Part shown: positions 19,146-27,618 of the stretch, in pieces | How positions within the stretch are numbered: position 1 is the stretch's first letter | How the letters are laid out: every line of letters starts with the position of its first letter | Source of the DNA: an uncultured Actinomycetota bacterium | Lineage (GTDB): Bacteria > Actinomycetota > Actinomycetes > JAHEKZ01 | Assembly (NCBI GenBank): GCA_963718235.1 | Contig: CAVQYR010000001.1 | Coordinates: forward strand, 1,760,001-1,824,000 | Reading direction: 5' to 3' | Length of the DNA: 64,000 nt | The notes under the pieces: generated by a model | The model's input: the letters and a program-made list of their open reading frames with translations, nothing else | The model's database searches: none | What the model was told of the DNA's origin: nothing | Translations under genes and position numbers: made by a program

Positions 19146-19301
19146 GAGGCGAAGGCTAGCCCGGCCGGCGATGCCGGCCGAAGTTCCGGTCGGTCCTCCG
19201 GCGTGCCGTCGTCAGCGAACGGGCCGGACCGGTCATGGTGGTGGCTGGTGCGGGCGACCGCGTGGGTCGCCCATTCCCCGCACCGTGCCTTTGGAGTCGC
19301 G

Positions 19302-19616
19302 ATGACCCTCGTCACGCCCCACGCCCCCGTTGCGCCCCACCCGGCCGGGACGACGCTGCGCCACCCTGACCTCGTCGCCATCGGCGCCGTCGCCTGTGCC
19401 CTCGCGGCCGTCGGCGCGACGGCGCTTCCCGTTGCGCTGATCTGCTGCCCGCTGCTTGCCCTGGTCGCAGTTGCCACCGGCATCGCGAGTCTCGGGGGCT
19501 CGGGCCACGGCCACCGCCTCGGACGCTCGATGGCCGCAGTCGGTGTCGCCTTGGGCGGTGTGGTGCTCGTCGGGTCGTTCGCGGCACTGCTGCTGCTGGC
19601 CCGGTTCGCGCTGTAG
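19302..19616 (+). CDS. Small membrane protein (DUF4190-like)
   Basis: GGAG RBS before ATG 19302; two to three hydrophobic helices with LGRSMAAVGVALG. Confidence 0.6.
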   Translation: MTLVTPHAPVAPHPAGTTLRHPDLVAIGAVACALAAVGATALPVALICCPLLALVAVATGIASLGGSGHGHRLGRSMAAVGVALGGVVLVGSFAALLLLARFAL

Positions 19617-19647
19617 CCCCTCGCGCACCCCGGCTACGCTGCCCCGC

Positions 19648-20739
19648 GTGATCACCTGGCGCTCGGGCACGGTCGTGGCCGAGCGTCGGGCCTGGGCCGG
19701 CGCCCGTGAGCTCGAGGTCCGACTGGCCGACGGCGGTGACGTGGTTGCGGCTCTCGCCTACCCCGACCTGGTCGGTGAGCCCGAGCCCGGCGACCGGGTG
19801 CTGCTGAACACCAGCGCCCTCGACCTGGGGCTGGGCACGGGGGGCTTCGCGCTGGTCGTGGCGATCCCGGACCGGCTGCCGGAGGACCCGGTGGGGCCTG
19901 GCCATCTGGTCAAGGCTCGCTACACGCCGCTGCAGACCACGGTGCTCGGCGTCGACGAGCAGGACTCCACCCACCATGTTCTGCTGAAGGACGCCGACGG
20001 GCTGGACGGGTTGCCGGTGGTCGTGGCCGACCTGCACTCTGCCCTGCCGGCGGTGGTCGCCGGGATCCGGGCGGGTCGGCCCGGGGCCACCGTGGCGTAC
20101 GTCGCCACCGACGGCGGTGCTCTGCCCCTGGCCTTCTCGCGCACCGTCGCCGCGCTGAGAGAGGCCGACTGGCTGGCCGGCACAGTGACCGTCGGCCAGG
20201 CCTTCGGCGGTGACCTCGAGGCCGTGACCGTGCACAACGGTCTGCTGGCCGCTGCCCTGGTGCTTCGGGCCGACGTGGTCGTGGTCACCCAGGGTCCGGG
20301 CAACCTGGGCACCGACACCCGGTGGGGGTTCTCCGGCGTCGCGGCGGGTGAGGTGGTCAACGCCGTGGCGGCGCTGGACGGCCGCCCGGTCGCTTCGTTG
20401 CGCGTGTCGCAGGCGGATCCCCGGGTCCGTCACCGCGGGATCTCCCACCACTCGCTGACCGCCTACGGCCGCGTGGCACTGGCCGCCGCCGACGTCGTGG
20501 TGCCCGACCTCCCCGAGCCTTGGGGCTCCACGGTGCGGGCGCAGGCGGAGCTGCTGGGTGGGCGCCACCGACTCGTCAACCAGCGCCTCGACGGGCTGGA
20601 GGACGCCCTGCGTGCCTCACCCGTGACGTTGTCGACCATGGGGCGCGGGTACGACGACGACCCGGCCAGCTTCCTGGCCGCGGCGGCCGCCGGGCGTCAC
20701 GCGGCCGAGCTGGTCAGCCCACCCCGAGCAGGTCGATGA
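19648..20739 (+). CDS. DUF3866 family protein
   Basis: VLLNTSALDLGLGTGG, GHLVKARYTPLQ, ADLHSALP, TDGGALP, GQAFGGDLEA, QGPGNLGT and RHRGISHHS. Confidence 0.85.
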   Translation: MITWRSGTVVAERRAWAGARELEVRLADGGDVVAALAYPDLVGEPEPGDRVLLNTSALDLGLGTGGFALVVAIPDRLPEDPVGPGHLVKARYTPLQTTVLGVDEQDSTHHVLLKDADGLDGLPVVVADLHSALPAVVAGIRAGRPGATVAYVATDGGALPLAFSRTVAALREADWLAGTVTVGQAFGGDLEAVTVHNGLLAAALVLRADVVVVTQGPGNLGTDTRWGFSGVAAGEVVNAVAALDGRPVASLRVSQADPRVRHRGISHHSLTAYGRVALAAADVVVPDLPEPWGSTVRAQAELLGGRHRLVNQRLDGLEDALRASPVTLSTMGRGYDDDPASFLAAAAAGRHAAELVSPPRAGR

Positions 20740-21073
20740 CGAAGATCAGGGTCTTGCCGGACAGCCGGTGGCCCCCTCCGGCCGGCCCGTAGGCCAGGTC
20801 GGGCGGGATGGTCAGCTGGCGGCGTCCGCCTACCCGCATGCCTGGGATGCCCTCCTGCCAGCCCTGGATCAGCCCGCGCAGCGGGAACGAGATGGACTCG
20901 CCGCGGTTCCAGCTGGAGTCGAACTCCTCGCCTGAGTCGAACTCGACCCCGACGTAGTGCACGGTCACGTCGGCACCGGGCGTGGCCTCGGTGCCCTCGC
21001 CCAGCACGAGGTCGCTGATCACGAGCTCGTCCGGGGCGTCACCGCCGGGGAAGTCGATCTCGGGCTTGTCCAT
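20714..21073 (-). CDS. FKBP-type peptidyl-prolyl cis-trans isomerase
   Basis: VHYVGV...EFDSSWNRG, LIQGWQEGI.GMRVGGRRQLTIPPDLAYG and TLIFVIDLL. Confidence 0.95.
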   Translation of the reverse strand: MDKPEIDFPGGDAPDELVISDLVLGEGTEATPGADVTVHYVGVEFDSGEEFDSSWNRGESISFPLRGLIQGWQEGIPGMRVGGRRQLTIPPDLAYGPAGGGHRLSGKTLIFVIDLLGVG

Positions 21074-21135
21074 GGGGCAGCCTTCCTTGGTGCGCGTTCG
21101 GTTCCGATGACGGGGAGACGAAGGTGGAACGGGGC

Positions 21136-22161
21136 TCAGTAGGCGCCCAGGATGTCGACGGCGAAGACCAGCGTGTCGTCACCGGCGATCCCGGCGTCGG
21201 GCTGACCGGCTGAGCCGTAGCCGTCGGCCGGCGGGATCACGAGCAGCAGCCGGCTGCCGACCCGCTGGCCCACCAGACCGTTGTCCCACCCGGCGATGAC
21301 CCCACCGATCCCGATCGGGAACGCGGCCGGTTGCCCGCGGTCCCACGTGGAGTCGAACACCTTGCCGGTCTTCCAGATCTTGCCGAGGTACTGCACGACG
21401 ACGACGTCGCCCTTCTTCACCTTGGGGCCCTTGCCCGTGACGACCGCCGTGGCGAAGAACTTGGGTGGTGCGTCGCCGGGCGGGATCGAGATCTCCGGCT
21501 CCTTGGGGAGGATGGTCACTGCCGGAAGGCTGTCGTCCTCGGTCGGGGACGGTGTGCCCTTGGCGGTCTCGTTCTTGGCGTGGGTGCCCAGGATGTCCAC
21601 GACGAACACCAGCGTGTCGTCACCGGCGATCCCGGCGTCGGGCTGACCGGCTGAGCCGTAGCCGTCGGCCGGCGGGACCACGAGCAGCACCCGGCTGCCG
21701 ACGGTCTGCCCGACCAGTGCCTTGTCCCAGCCGGGGATGACCTGCCCCACCCCGATCCCGAACCCGACCGGCTGGCCGCGCTCGAACGAGGAGTCGAACG
21801 ACCCACCGGACTTCCAGATCTGGCCGAGGTAGTCGACCACCAGGACGTCGCCGCTCGCGACCGTCGCCCCGTCGCCCTTCACCAGGACCTTGGTCTTCAG
21901 TGAGTCCGGTGGGTCGCTGTCGGGGATGGTCACCGTGGGGACCTCGCCGAACCCGCCGTCGACCGTGGGCAGCTGCCCGGAGGCGGCCGGGCTGTCGCTC
22001 GGCTGCTCGGAGGACGGACTCGGGCTCGTCGAGCTCGGGGACGGTGAGTCGCTCGAGGCGACCGGGTCGGTTCCCGAGTCGTTGCCGCATCCGGCCAGGA
22101 GCAGGGTGGACGTCATCGACAGGGCCACGACAGCGGTGCCGATGAGACGGGTACGGCGCAC
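21136..22161 (-). CDS. Two-domain FKBP-type PPIase lipoprotein
   Basis: Lipobox LAGC, Ser/Pro linker, and two FKBP domains (FDSSFERG...VIPGWD; FDSTWDRG...VIAGWD). Confidence 0.92.
   Translation of the reverse strand: MRRTRLIGTAVVALSMTSTLLLAGCGNDSGTDPVASSDSPSPSSTSPSPSSEQPSDSPAASGQLPTVDGGFGEVPTVTIPDSDPPDSLKTKVLVKGDGATVASGDVLVVDYLGQIWKSGGSFDSSFERGQPVGFGIGVGQVIPGWDKALVGQTVGSRVLLVVPPADGYGSAGQPDAGIAGDDTLVFVVDILGTHAKNETAKGTPSPTEDDSLPAVTILPKEPEISIPPGDAPPKFFATAVVTGKGPKVKKGDVVVVQYLGKIWKTGKVFDSTWDRGQPAAFPIGIGGVIAGWDNGLVGQRVGSRLLLVIPPADGYGSAGQPDAGIAGDDTLVFAVDILGAY
21167..21677. repeat. 70-bp perfect intragenic direct repeat (21167-21236 and 21608-21677)
   Basis: The sequence accagcgtgtcgtcaccggcgatcccggcgtcgggctgaccggctgagccgtagccgtcggccggcggga occurs identically at both positions. 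Confidence 0.9.
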
Positions 22162-22246
22162 AGGACTCCTCGAACGGGGCGGAAACGAGTCCCACCCTAG
22201 ACGGGCAGCTCGTGCGGATCGTTCCCGACTCGCGTCAGGTGAGGGG

Positions 22247-23608
22247 TCACATGCTCGCGATCAGCTTCTCGACCCGGTCGTCGACGCTGCGGAACGGGTC
22301 CTTGCACAGCACCGTTCGCTGCGCCTGGTCGTTCAGCTTCAGGTGCACCCAGTCGACGGTGAAGTCTCGGCGGCGCTCCTGGGCCCGCTTGATGAAGTCC
22401 CCACGCAGCTTCGCCCTGGTCTGCTGGGGAGGTGTCGACTTGGCCTCGAAGACCTCCAGGTCGGTGGTGGTGCGGCGGACCAGCCCGCGCCGCTGGAGCA
22501 GGTAGAACAGCCCGCGGTCGCGGTTGATGTCGTGGAACGCGAGGTCGATCTGCGCGACCCGGGCACTGCCGAGCTCGAGGTCGTGCTTGGCCCGGTAGCG
22601 CTCGATCAGGGCGTACTTGATCGCCCAGTCGATCTCGGTGTCGATGAGTGACAGGTCGGCGGTACGCACGGCCTCGAGCGCACGTCCCCACAGGTCCAGC
22701 ACCTGCGCGTGGACCCCCTCGGCCAGGCCTCGTCGCTCGGCGAACGCCGAGGCCTTGTCGAAGTACTCCTGCTGGATCTCCAGGGCCGAGAGCTCACGTC
22801 CGTTGACCAGCTTCACGGTCTGGGACCCGGTCATGTCGTGGCTGATCTCGCGGATCGCGCGGATCGGGTTCTCCAGAGTCATGTCCCGCATGACGGCGCC
22901 GGCCTCGATCATCCGCAGCACGAGGTCGGTGCTCCCCACCTTGAGCAAGGTCGTGGGCTCGGCGAGGTTGGAGTCACCGACGATGACGTGCAGACGTCGG
23001 TACTTCTCGGCGTCGGCATGCGGCTCGTCGCGGGTGTTGATGATGGGTCGCGACCGAGTGGTGGCCGACGACACCCCCTCCCAGATGTGCTCGGCCCGTT
23101 GGCTGAGGCAGAACACCGGCCCGCGTGGGGTCTGCAGCACCTTTCCGGCGCCGCAGACGAGCTGTCGGGTGACCAGGAACGGGATGAGGATGTCGGCCAT
23201 CCGGCCGAACTCGCCCTGTCGCCCGACCAGGTAGTTCTCGTGACACCCGTAGGAGTTGCCTGCGGAGTCGGTGTTGTTCTTGAACAGGAACACGTCGCCC
23301 GCGATGCCCTCCTCGTGCAGCCGTCGCTCGGCGTCGACGAGCAGCCCCTCGAGGGTGCGCTCCCCCGCCTTGTCGTGCACGACGACCAGCTGGGGCGAGT
23401 CGCACTCGGGTGTTGCGTACTCGGGGTGCGAGCCCACGTCGAGGTAGAGCCGAGCCCCGTTTCGGAGGAAGACGTTGGAGCTGCGCCCCCACGAGACGAC
23501 CCGGCGGAACAGGTAGCGGGCCACCTCGTCGGGCGACAACCGGCGCTGGCCGCGGAAGGTGCACGTGACGCCGTACTCGGTCTCGATCCCGAAGATCCGG
23601 CGGTCCAT
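22247..23608 (-). CDS. pafA: Pup--protein ligase
   Basis: [64 protein letters not shown] and [21 protein letters not shown]. Confidence 0.97.
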   Translation of the reverse strand: MDRRIFGIETEYGVTCTFRGQRRLSPDEVARYLFRRVVSWGRSSNVFLRNGARLYLDVGSHPEYATPECDSPQLVVVHDKAGERTLEGLLVDAERRLHEEGIAGDVFLFKNNTDSAGNSYGCHENYLVGRQGEFGRMADILIPFLVTRQLVCGAGKVLQTPRGPVFCLSQRAEHIWEGVSSATTRSRPIINTRDEPHADAEKYRRLHVIVGDSNLAEPTTLLKVGSTDLVLRMIEAGAVMRDMTLENPIRAIREISHDMTGSQTVKLVNGRELSALEIQQEYFDKASAFAERRGLAEGVHAQVLDLWGRALEAVRTADLSLIDTEIDWAIKYALIERYRAKHDLELGSARVAQIDLAFHDINRDRGLFYLLQRRGLVRRTTTDLEVFEAKSTPPQQTRAKLRGDFIKRAQERRRDFTVDWVHLKLNDQAQRTVLCKDPFRSVDDRVEKLIASM

Positions 23609-23617
23609 CTCGATCGC

Positions 23618-24322
23618 CTATCCGCTCGTCGTCGACGACATCAGGGTCTCCAGCGAGGTGCCGGTGATCCGCTTGAACTTGCGACCCTGCGACCGGGTGC
23701 GGTCGAGCACCGCGACCTCGAGCTGGTTGGCGCCCAGGGTCCGGCCCTCCTCGGTGTCGTGACCGAGCGCGTCGACCGCCATGTGCAGCGCATCGGGCAA
23801 CGACGCGTTCGCCTCGTAGTGCTCGGCCAGGTAGGCGCTGATCGTGTCCGCCGACCCACCCATCACGACGTAGCCGTGCTCGTCGGCGACCGACCCGTCG
23901 AAGGTGAGCCGGTACATCTGGTCGGCGGAGGCATCGGCGCCGACCTCCGCCACGACGATCTCGACCTCGTAGGGCTTGTTCGTCTCGGTGAAGATCGTGC
24001 CCAGCGTCTGCGCGTAGGCGTTGGCGAGGTTGCGCACGGTCACGTCGCGACGGTCGAAGGCGTAGCCCCGAAGGTCCGCGAGCCGGATCCCCGCAACCCG
24101 CAGGTTCTCGAACTCGTTGTACTTGCCGACCGCCGCGAACCCGATCCGGTCGTAGATCTCGCTGACCTTGTGCAGCGCCCGCGAGGGGTTCTCTGCGACG
24201 AAGACGATCCCGTCGGTGTACTGCAGGACGGCGACCGAGCGACCGCGCGCGATGCCCTTTCGGGCGTAGTCGGCCTTGTCCTTGATGATCTGTTCTGGCG
24301 AGACGTAGAACGGCATCGACAC
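23618..24322 (-). CDS. prcA: 20S proteasome alpha subunit
   Basis: [44 protein letters not shown] and LEVAVLDR. Confidence 0.97.
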   Translation of the reverse strand: MSMPFYVSPEQIIKDKADYARKGIARGRSVAVLQYTDGIVFVAENPSRALHKVSEIYDRIGFAAVGKYNEFENLRVAGIRLADLRGYAFDRRDVTVRNLANAYAQTLGTIFTETNKPYEVEIVVAEVGADASADQMYRLTFDGSVADEHGYVVMGGSADTISAYLAEHYEANASLPDALHMAVDALGHDTEEGRTLGANQLEVAVLDRTRSQGRKFKRITGTSLETLMSSTTSG

Positions 24323-24355
24323 GGTGGGGTCCTCAGGGCAGCGGTCGGGGCAGCA

Positions 24356-25198
24356 TCAGTGGAGGGGCGCGAGGGGTCCGTCGGGTCGGGACCTTCGGTC
24401 GTCGACGATCCGCTCGACGATGCCCGACATCTCGACGTCGCCGAGCGTGCGGTAGCCGTCGGCGGTGATCACCGTGACGATCGGGTAGATCCCGCGCATG
24501 AGGTCCGGTCCACCGGTCGCGGAGTCGTCGTCGGCCGCGTCGTACAGGGCCTGGACGCAGGCCGTGGCGGCCTCGTCGGCGGCGAAGTCGTCGCGGTACA
24601 TCTTGCGCAGCGCCCCACGAGCGAACAGGCTGCCCGACCCCACGGCGTGGTAGTCGTGCTCCTCGTACCGTCCGCCGGTGACGTCGTAGCTGAAGATCCG
24701 ACCGGAGTCGGACTCGAGGTCGTAGCCCACGAACAACGGCACGACCGCGAGCCCCTGCATGGCCATCGCGAGGTTCCCCCGGATCATCGAGGCCAGCCGG
24801 TTGGCCTTGCCCTCGATCGAGAGCACGGCTCCCTCGATCTTCTCGTAGTGCTCGAGCTCGACCTGGAACAGCCGCACGAGCTCCAGCGCCAGGCCGGCCG
24901 TCCCCGCGATGCCGATCGCGGAGTAGTCGTCGGCCGGGTGCACCTTCTCGATGTCGCGCTGGGCGATGACGTTGCCCATCGTCGCCCTGCGGTCGCCGGC
25001 GATCACCACGCCGTGCGGGAAGGTGGCCGCGACGATCGTGGTGCCGTGCGGGGCCTCCACCGTGCCGGAGCCCCGGGAGGTCGCCTGCCCGCCGGGAACC
25101 AGGTCGGGCGCGTGCTCGGACAGGAAGTCGACGAACGACGAGGACCCGGTGGTGAGGAAGGCCTGGGGCAGGCTCGCGCTGTTCGATCCGGAGGACAC
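24356..25198 (-). CDS. prcB: 20S proteasome beta subunit (propeptide cleavage at HG/TT)
   Basis: [30 protein letters not shown] and [12 protein letters not shown]. Confidence 0.97.
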   Translation of the reverse strand: MSSGSNSASLPQAFLTTGSSSFVDFLSEHAPDLVPGGQATSRGSGTVEAPHGTTIVAATFPHGVVIAGDRRATMGNVIAQRDIEKVHPADDYSAIGIAGTAGLALELVRLFQVELEHYEKIEGAVLSIEGKANRLASMIRGNLAMAMQGLAVVPLFVGYDLESDSGRIFSYDVTGGRYEEHDYHAVGSGSLFARGALRKMYRDDFAADEAATACVQALYDAADDDSATGGPDLMRGIYPIVTVITADGYRTLGDVEMSGIVERIVDDRRSRPDGPLAPLH

Positions 25199-25420
25199 CT
25201 ACTGGCCGCCCTTCTGCACGAAGGCCCGCACGAAGTCCTCGGCGTTCTCCTCCAGCACCTCGTCGATCTCGTCGAGGATGGCGTCGACGTCCTCGCTGAT
25301 CGCCTCGTGCCGCTCGGCCACTGACTCGGTCGGGGCGTCGGAAGCCTGGGTGTCGCCCTCGTCGACGGTGTCGGGGCGTCGTTGGGCATGCTGCTGGCCG
25401 CCCGTGTCGCGGGTGCTCAT
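25199..25420 (-). CDS. pup: Prokaryotic ubiquitin-like protein Pup (GGQ C-terminus)
   Basis: DAILDEIDEVLEENAEDFVRAFVQKGGQ; GGAGG RBS; own -10 (TAGGGT) about 35 nt upstream. Confidence 0.97.
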   Translation of the reverse strand: MSTRDTGGQQHAQRRPDTVDEGDTQASDAPTESVAERHEAISEDVDAILDEIDEVLEENAEDFVRAFVQKGGQ

Positions 25421-25591
25421 CGTGCCTCCCCTGCGTGGTCCCTCGTGGACCGACCCTACTTCGATCGACCGCCCGAGGGCGTTCCTGCACCCCGTGGCGC
25501 CCTCGGATCCTTATCCCACGCTTAGCCCGCTCCATGCCCTCTCCTGAGGTCGGTGTGGCGATGCTTGTACCAGCCCTCCAACGGGCCGAGC

Positions 25592-25611
25592 GTCAGGTGA
25601 CCGCACCTGAC
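25592..25611. promoter_or_regulatory. Perfect inverted repeat upstream of the apbE operon (operator or leader hairpin)
   Basis: GTCAGGTG-accg-CACCTGAC. Confidence 0.4.
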
Positions 25612-25631
25612 CACGAGAGACGGGACCTCCA

Positions 25632-25943
25632 GTGACGAACGGGTCGGCCTTCAGCTCCGGGAACGCGGCGCTGCCCACGCATCGTCGGGACCGGGCCCAG
25701 CGCTGGGTGTTCGGGGTCACGGCTGCGCTGGCGGTCGGTGCCGTCTCGGCAACCTCGGCCACCGCCGCCGTGCTCGCCAGTCAGGCGACGACGCCCAGCC
25801 AGGGTGCGGGGACGTCCCAGGCCCAGGCAGCCGGCGGAACGCTCGGAGCGGCCAAGGCCCTGCGCCCGGCCAAGCAGACCCTGACCAGCCCGTCGCGCAG
25901 CAACCCCCAGCCGGCGCCGGCAGCCACGTCGACCGGGTCCTGA
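25632..25943 (+). CDS. Small membrane-anchored or secreted Ala/Ser/Thr/Pro-rich protein, candidate ApbE flavinylation substrate
   Basis: Basic N-region RRDRAQRW, a hydrophobic helix and a low-complexity linker ending ATSTGS; stop 1 nt before the apbE ATG. Confidence 0.7.
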   Translation: MTNGSAFSSGNAALPTHRRDRAQRWVFGVTAALAVGAVSATSATAAVLASQATTPSQGAGTSQAQAAGGTLGAAKALRPAKQTLTSPSRSNPQPAPAATSTGS

Positions 25944-25944
25944 C

Positions 25945-26917
25945 ATGCCGTCGCACCACTCGCTCCGCTGGACCCAGTGGAGCACGACCATGGAGGTCGT
26001 CGTCAGGGGTGACGACGTCGCCGCCGCCGCCGCCGCGGTGCGGCAGGAGCTGTCTGCCGTCGACGCCGCCTGCAACCGGTTCCGACCGGACTCCGAGCTG
26101 TCGGTCGTCAATGCTGCCGCCGACGGTCGGCCCACAGCCGTGGGCCCGGTGTTCGCGCACTACCTGACGGCCGCCCTCAGGATGGCCGAGGCGACCGGCG
26201 GGCTGGTCGACCCCACTCTCGGTCGGGCGCTGCGACACCTCGGCTACGACGACGACATCGCCGTCCTGAGAGCCGCGAAGGACTCGCACCCCAGTCGGGA
26301 CCCACTGCCGGTCCAGGGGGTCCTCGCCTCGGGCCGCGCCGACTGGCGCGACGTCGTCCTCGACGAGCGCACGGACTCCCCCGGTGCCTGGCTGCGCCTG
26401 CCCGCCGGAGTCGAGCTGGACCTCGGGGCCACAGCCAAGGCCCTGGCGGCCGACCGGGCCGTGGCGGCGGCGCACCGGGCCACCGGGCGCCCGGTCCTGG
26501 TGTCCCTGGGTGGCGACCTGGCCATGGCCGGCTCAGGGGACGAGCCGTGGCTGGTCGGGGTCGCCGAGACGGTCCAGACCGCCCAGGACCCGGCCGAGCA
26601 GGTGCTCACCGGCGACGGCGGGCTGGCCACCAGCACGACCCTGGCCCGACGCTGGACGACGGCGCAGCGGCGGGTTCCACCACCTGCTGGACCCGATCAC
26701 CGGTCTGCCGGTCCAGGAGTACTGGCGCACGGTCACGGTGTCGGCCGAGTCCTGCCTGCAGGCCAACGCCGCATCGACGGCGGCCGTGGTCCTCGGTCGC
26801 GGAGCCGCCGGCTGGCTGGCCGGCCAGGAGCTGCCCGCGCGTCTCGTGCGACACGACGGCCACGTGGTGACGACCCCGGGCTGGCCCGACACCGAACGGA
26901 CGGGGGCCGTGGCATGA
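25945..26917 (+). pseudogene. apbE: FAD:protein FMN transferase ApbE, frameshifted by one extra base near 26665 (pseudogene or sequencing error)
   Basis: One frame gives CNRFRPDSELS, TGGLVDPTLG, ELDLGATAKA, LVSLGGD and GLATS. The +1 frame continues GGFHHLLDPITG...TVTVSA..C.QANAASTAA. The span is 973 nt = 3n+1. Confidence 0.85.
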
Positions 26918-27618
26918 GCTGGCTCACCGACGGCGCGGCGCTGTGGTACCTGAACCGGGCCACCGGGCTGGTCGACCTCGTCCTGTTCACCTTGGTCGTG
27001 GTGATGGGTGTCGTGGCCACCTCACGCACCTCCCCGCGCTGGTGGCCACGGTTCGCGACCGTGTCACTGCACCGGTCGATGAGCCTGCTCGCGGTGGTCC
27101 TGCTCGTCGTGCACGTCGTGGCGGCGGTGGCCGACAGCTACGTCGACCTGACCTGGGTCGACGTGCTCGTGCCCTTCGCCTCCAGCTACCGCACCTTCTG
27201 GCTCGGGCTCGGCACCGTGGCCTTCGACCTGTTCGCCGCAGTGGTGGTGACCAGTCTGCTGCGGCACCGGATCGGCCCGCGCACCTGGCGCTGGGTGCAC
27301 CTCCTGTCCTATGCCGCCTGGCCGGTTGCCGTCGTCCACGGCCTGGGCACCGGCAGCGACGCCAGCACCCTGCCGGTCATCGCCCTGACCTTCGTCTGCG
27401 TCACCGCAGTCGCCATGGCGGCGGCCTGGCGCAGCTCCACCCTGGACGTCGCCTGGCCCGGTCGCCTCGCCCTCGTCGCCCTCGCCCTGGCCCTCCCGGC
27501 CTGGCTCGGGACCTGGGTCCGCATGGGCCCGCTCCAGCCGGACTGGTCCCAGCGGGCCGACCTCGCCCCGTCCCCGTCCCAGGTCACCGACGCCCTCACC
27601 TCTGAGGAGGCCTCATGA
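26914..27618 (+). CDS. Ferric reductase-like (MsrQ-like) transmembrane cytochrome b
   Basis: LWYLNRATG and four candidate heme His (SLHRSMS, VVHVV, WRWVHLLSY, VVHGLGTGSD); ATGA overlap with apbE. Confidence 0.87.
   Translation: MSWLTDGAALWYLNRATGLVDLVLFTLVVVMGVVATSRTSPRWWPRFATVSLHRSMSLLAVVLLVVHVVAAVADSYVDLTWVDVLVPFASSYRTFWLGLGTVAFDLFAAVVVTSLLRHRIGPRTWRWVHLLSYAAWPVAVVHGLGTGSDASTLPVIALTFVCVTAVAMAAAWRSSTLDVAWPGRLALVALALALPAWLGTWVRMGPLQPDWSQRADLAPSPSQVTDALTSEEAS

Noticed and set aside
19156-19182. Fourth sigma28-like promoter (GCCGAA at 19177) upstream of the small membrane gene
   Set aside because: The -35 match is poor, it overlaps the pafB -10, and GCCGA is frequent by chance at this GC content.
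25945-27618. 557-aa ApbE-ferric reductase fusion in the ORF track
   Set aside because: The conserved ApbE C-terminus is in the +1 frame and ends in an ATGA overlap with the reductase start. The joining segment is Arg/Pro-rich shadow translation caused by the frameshift.
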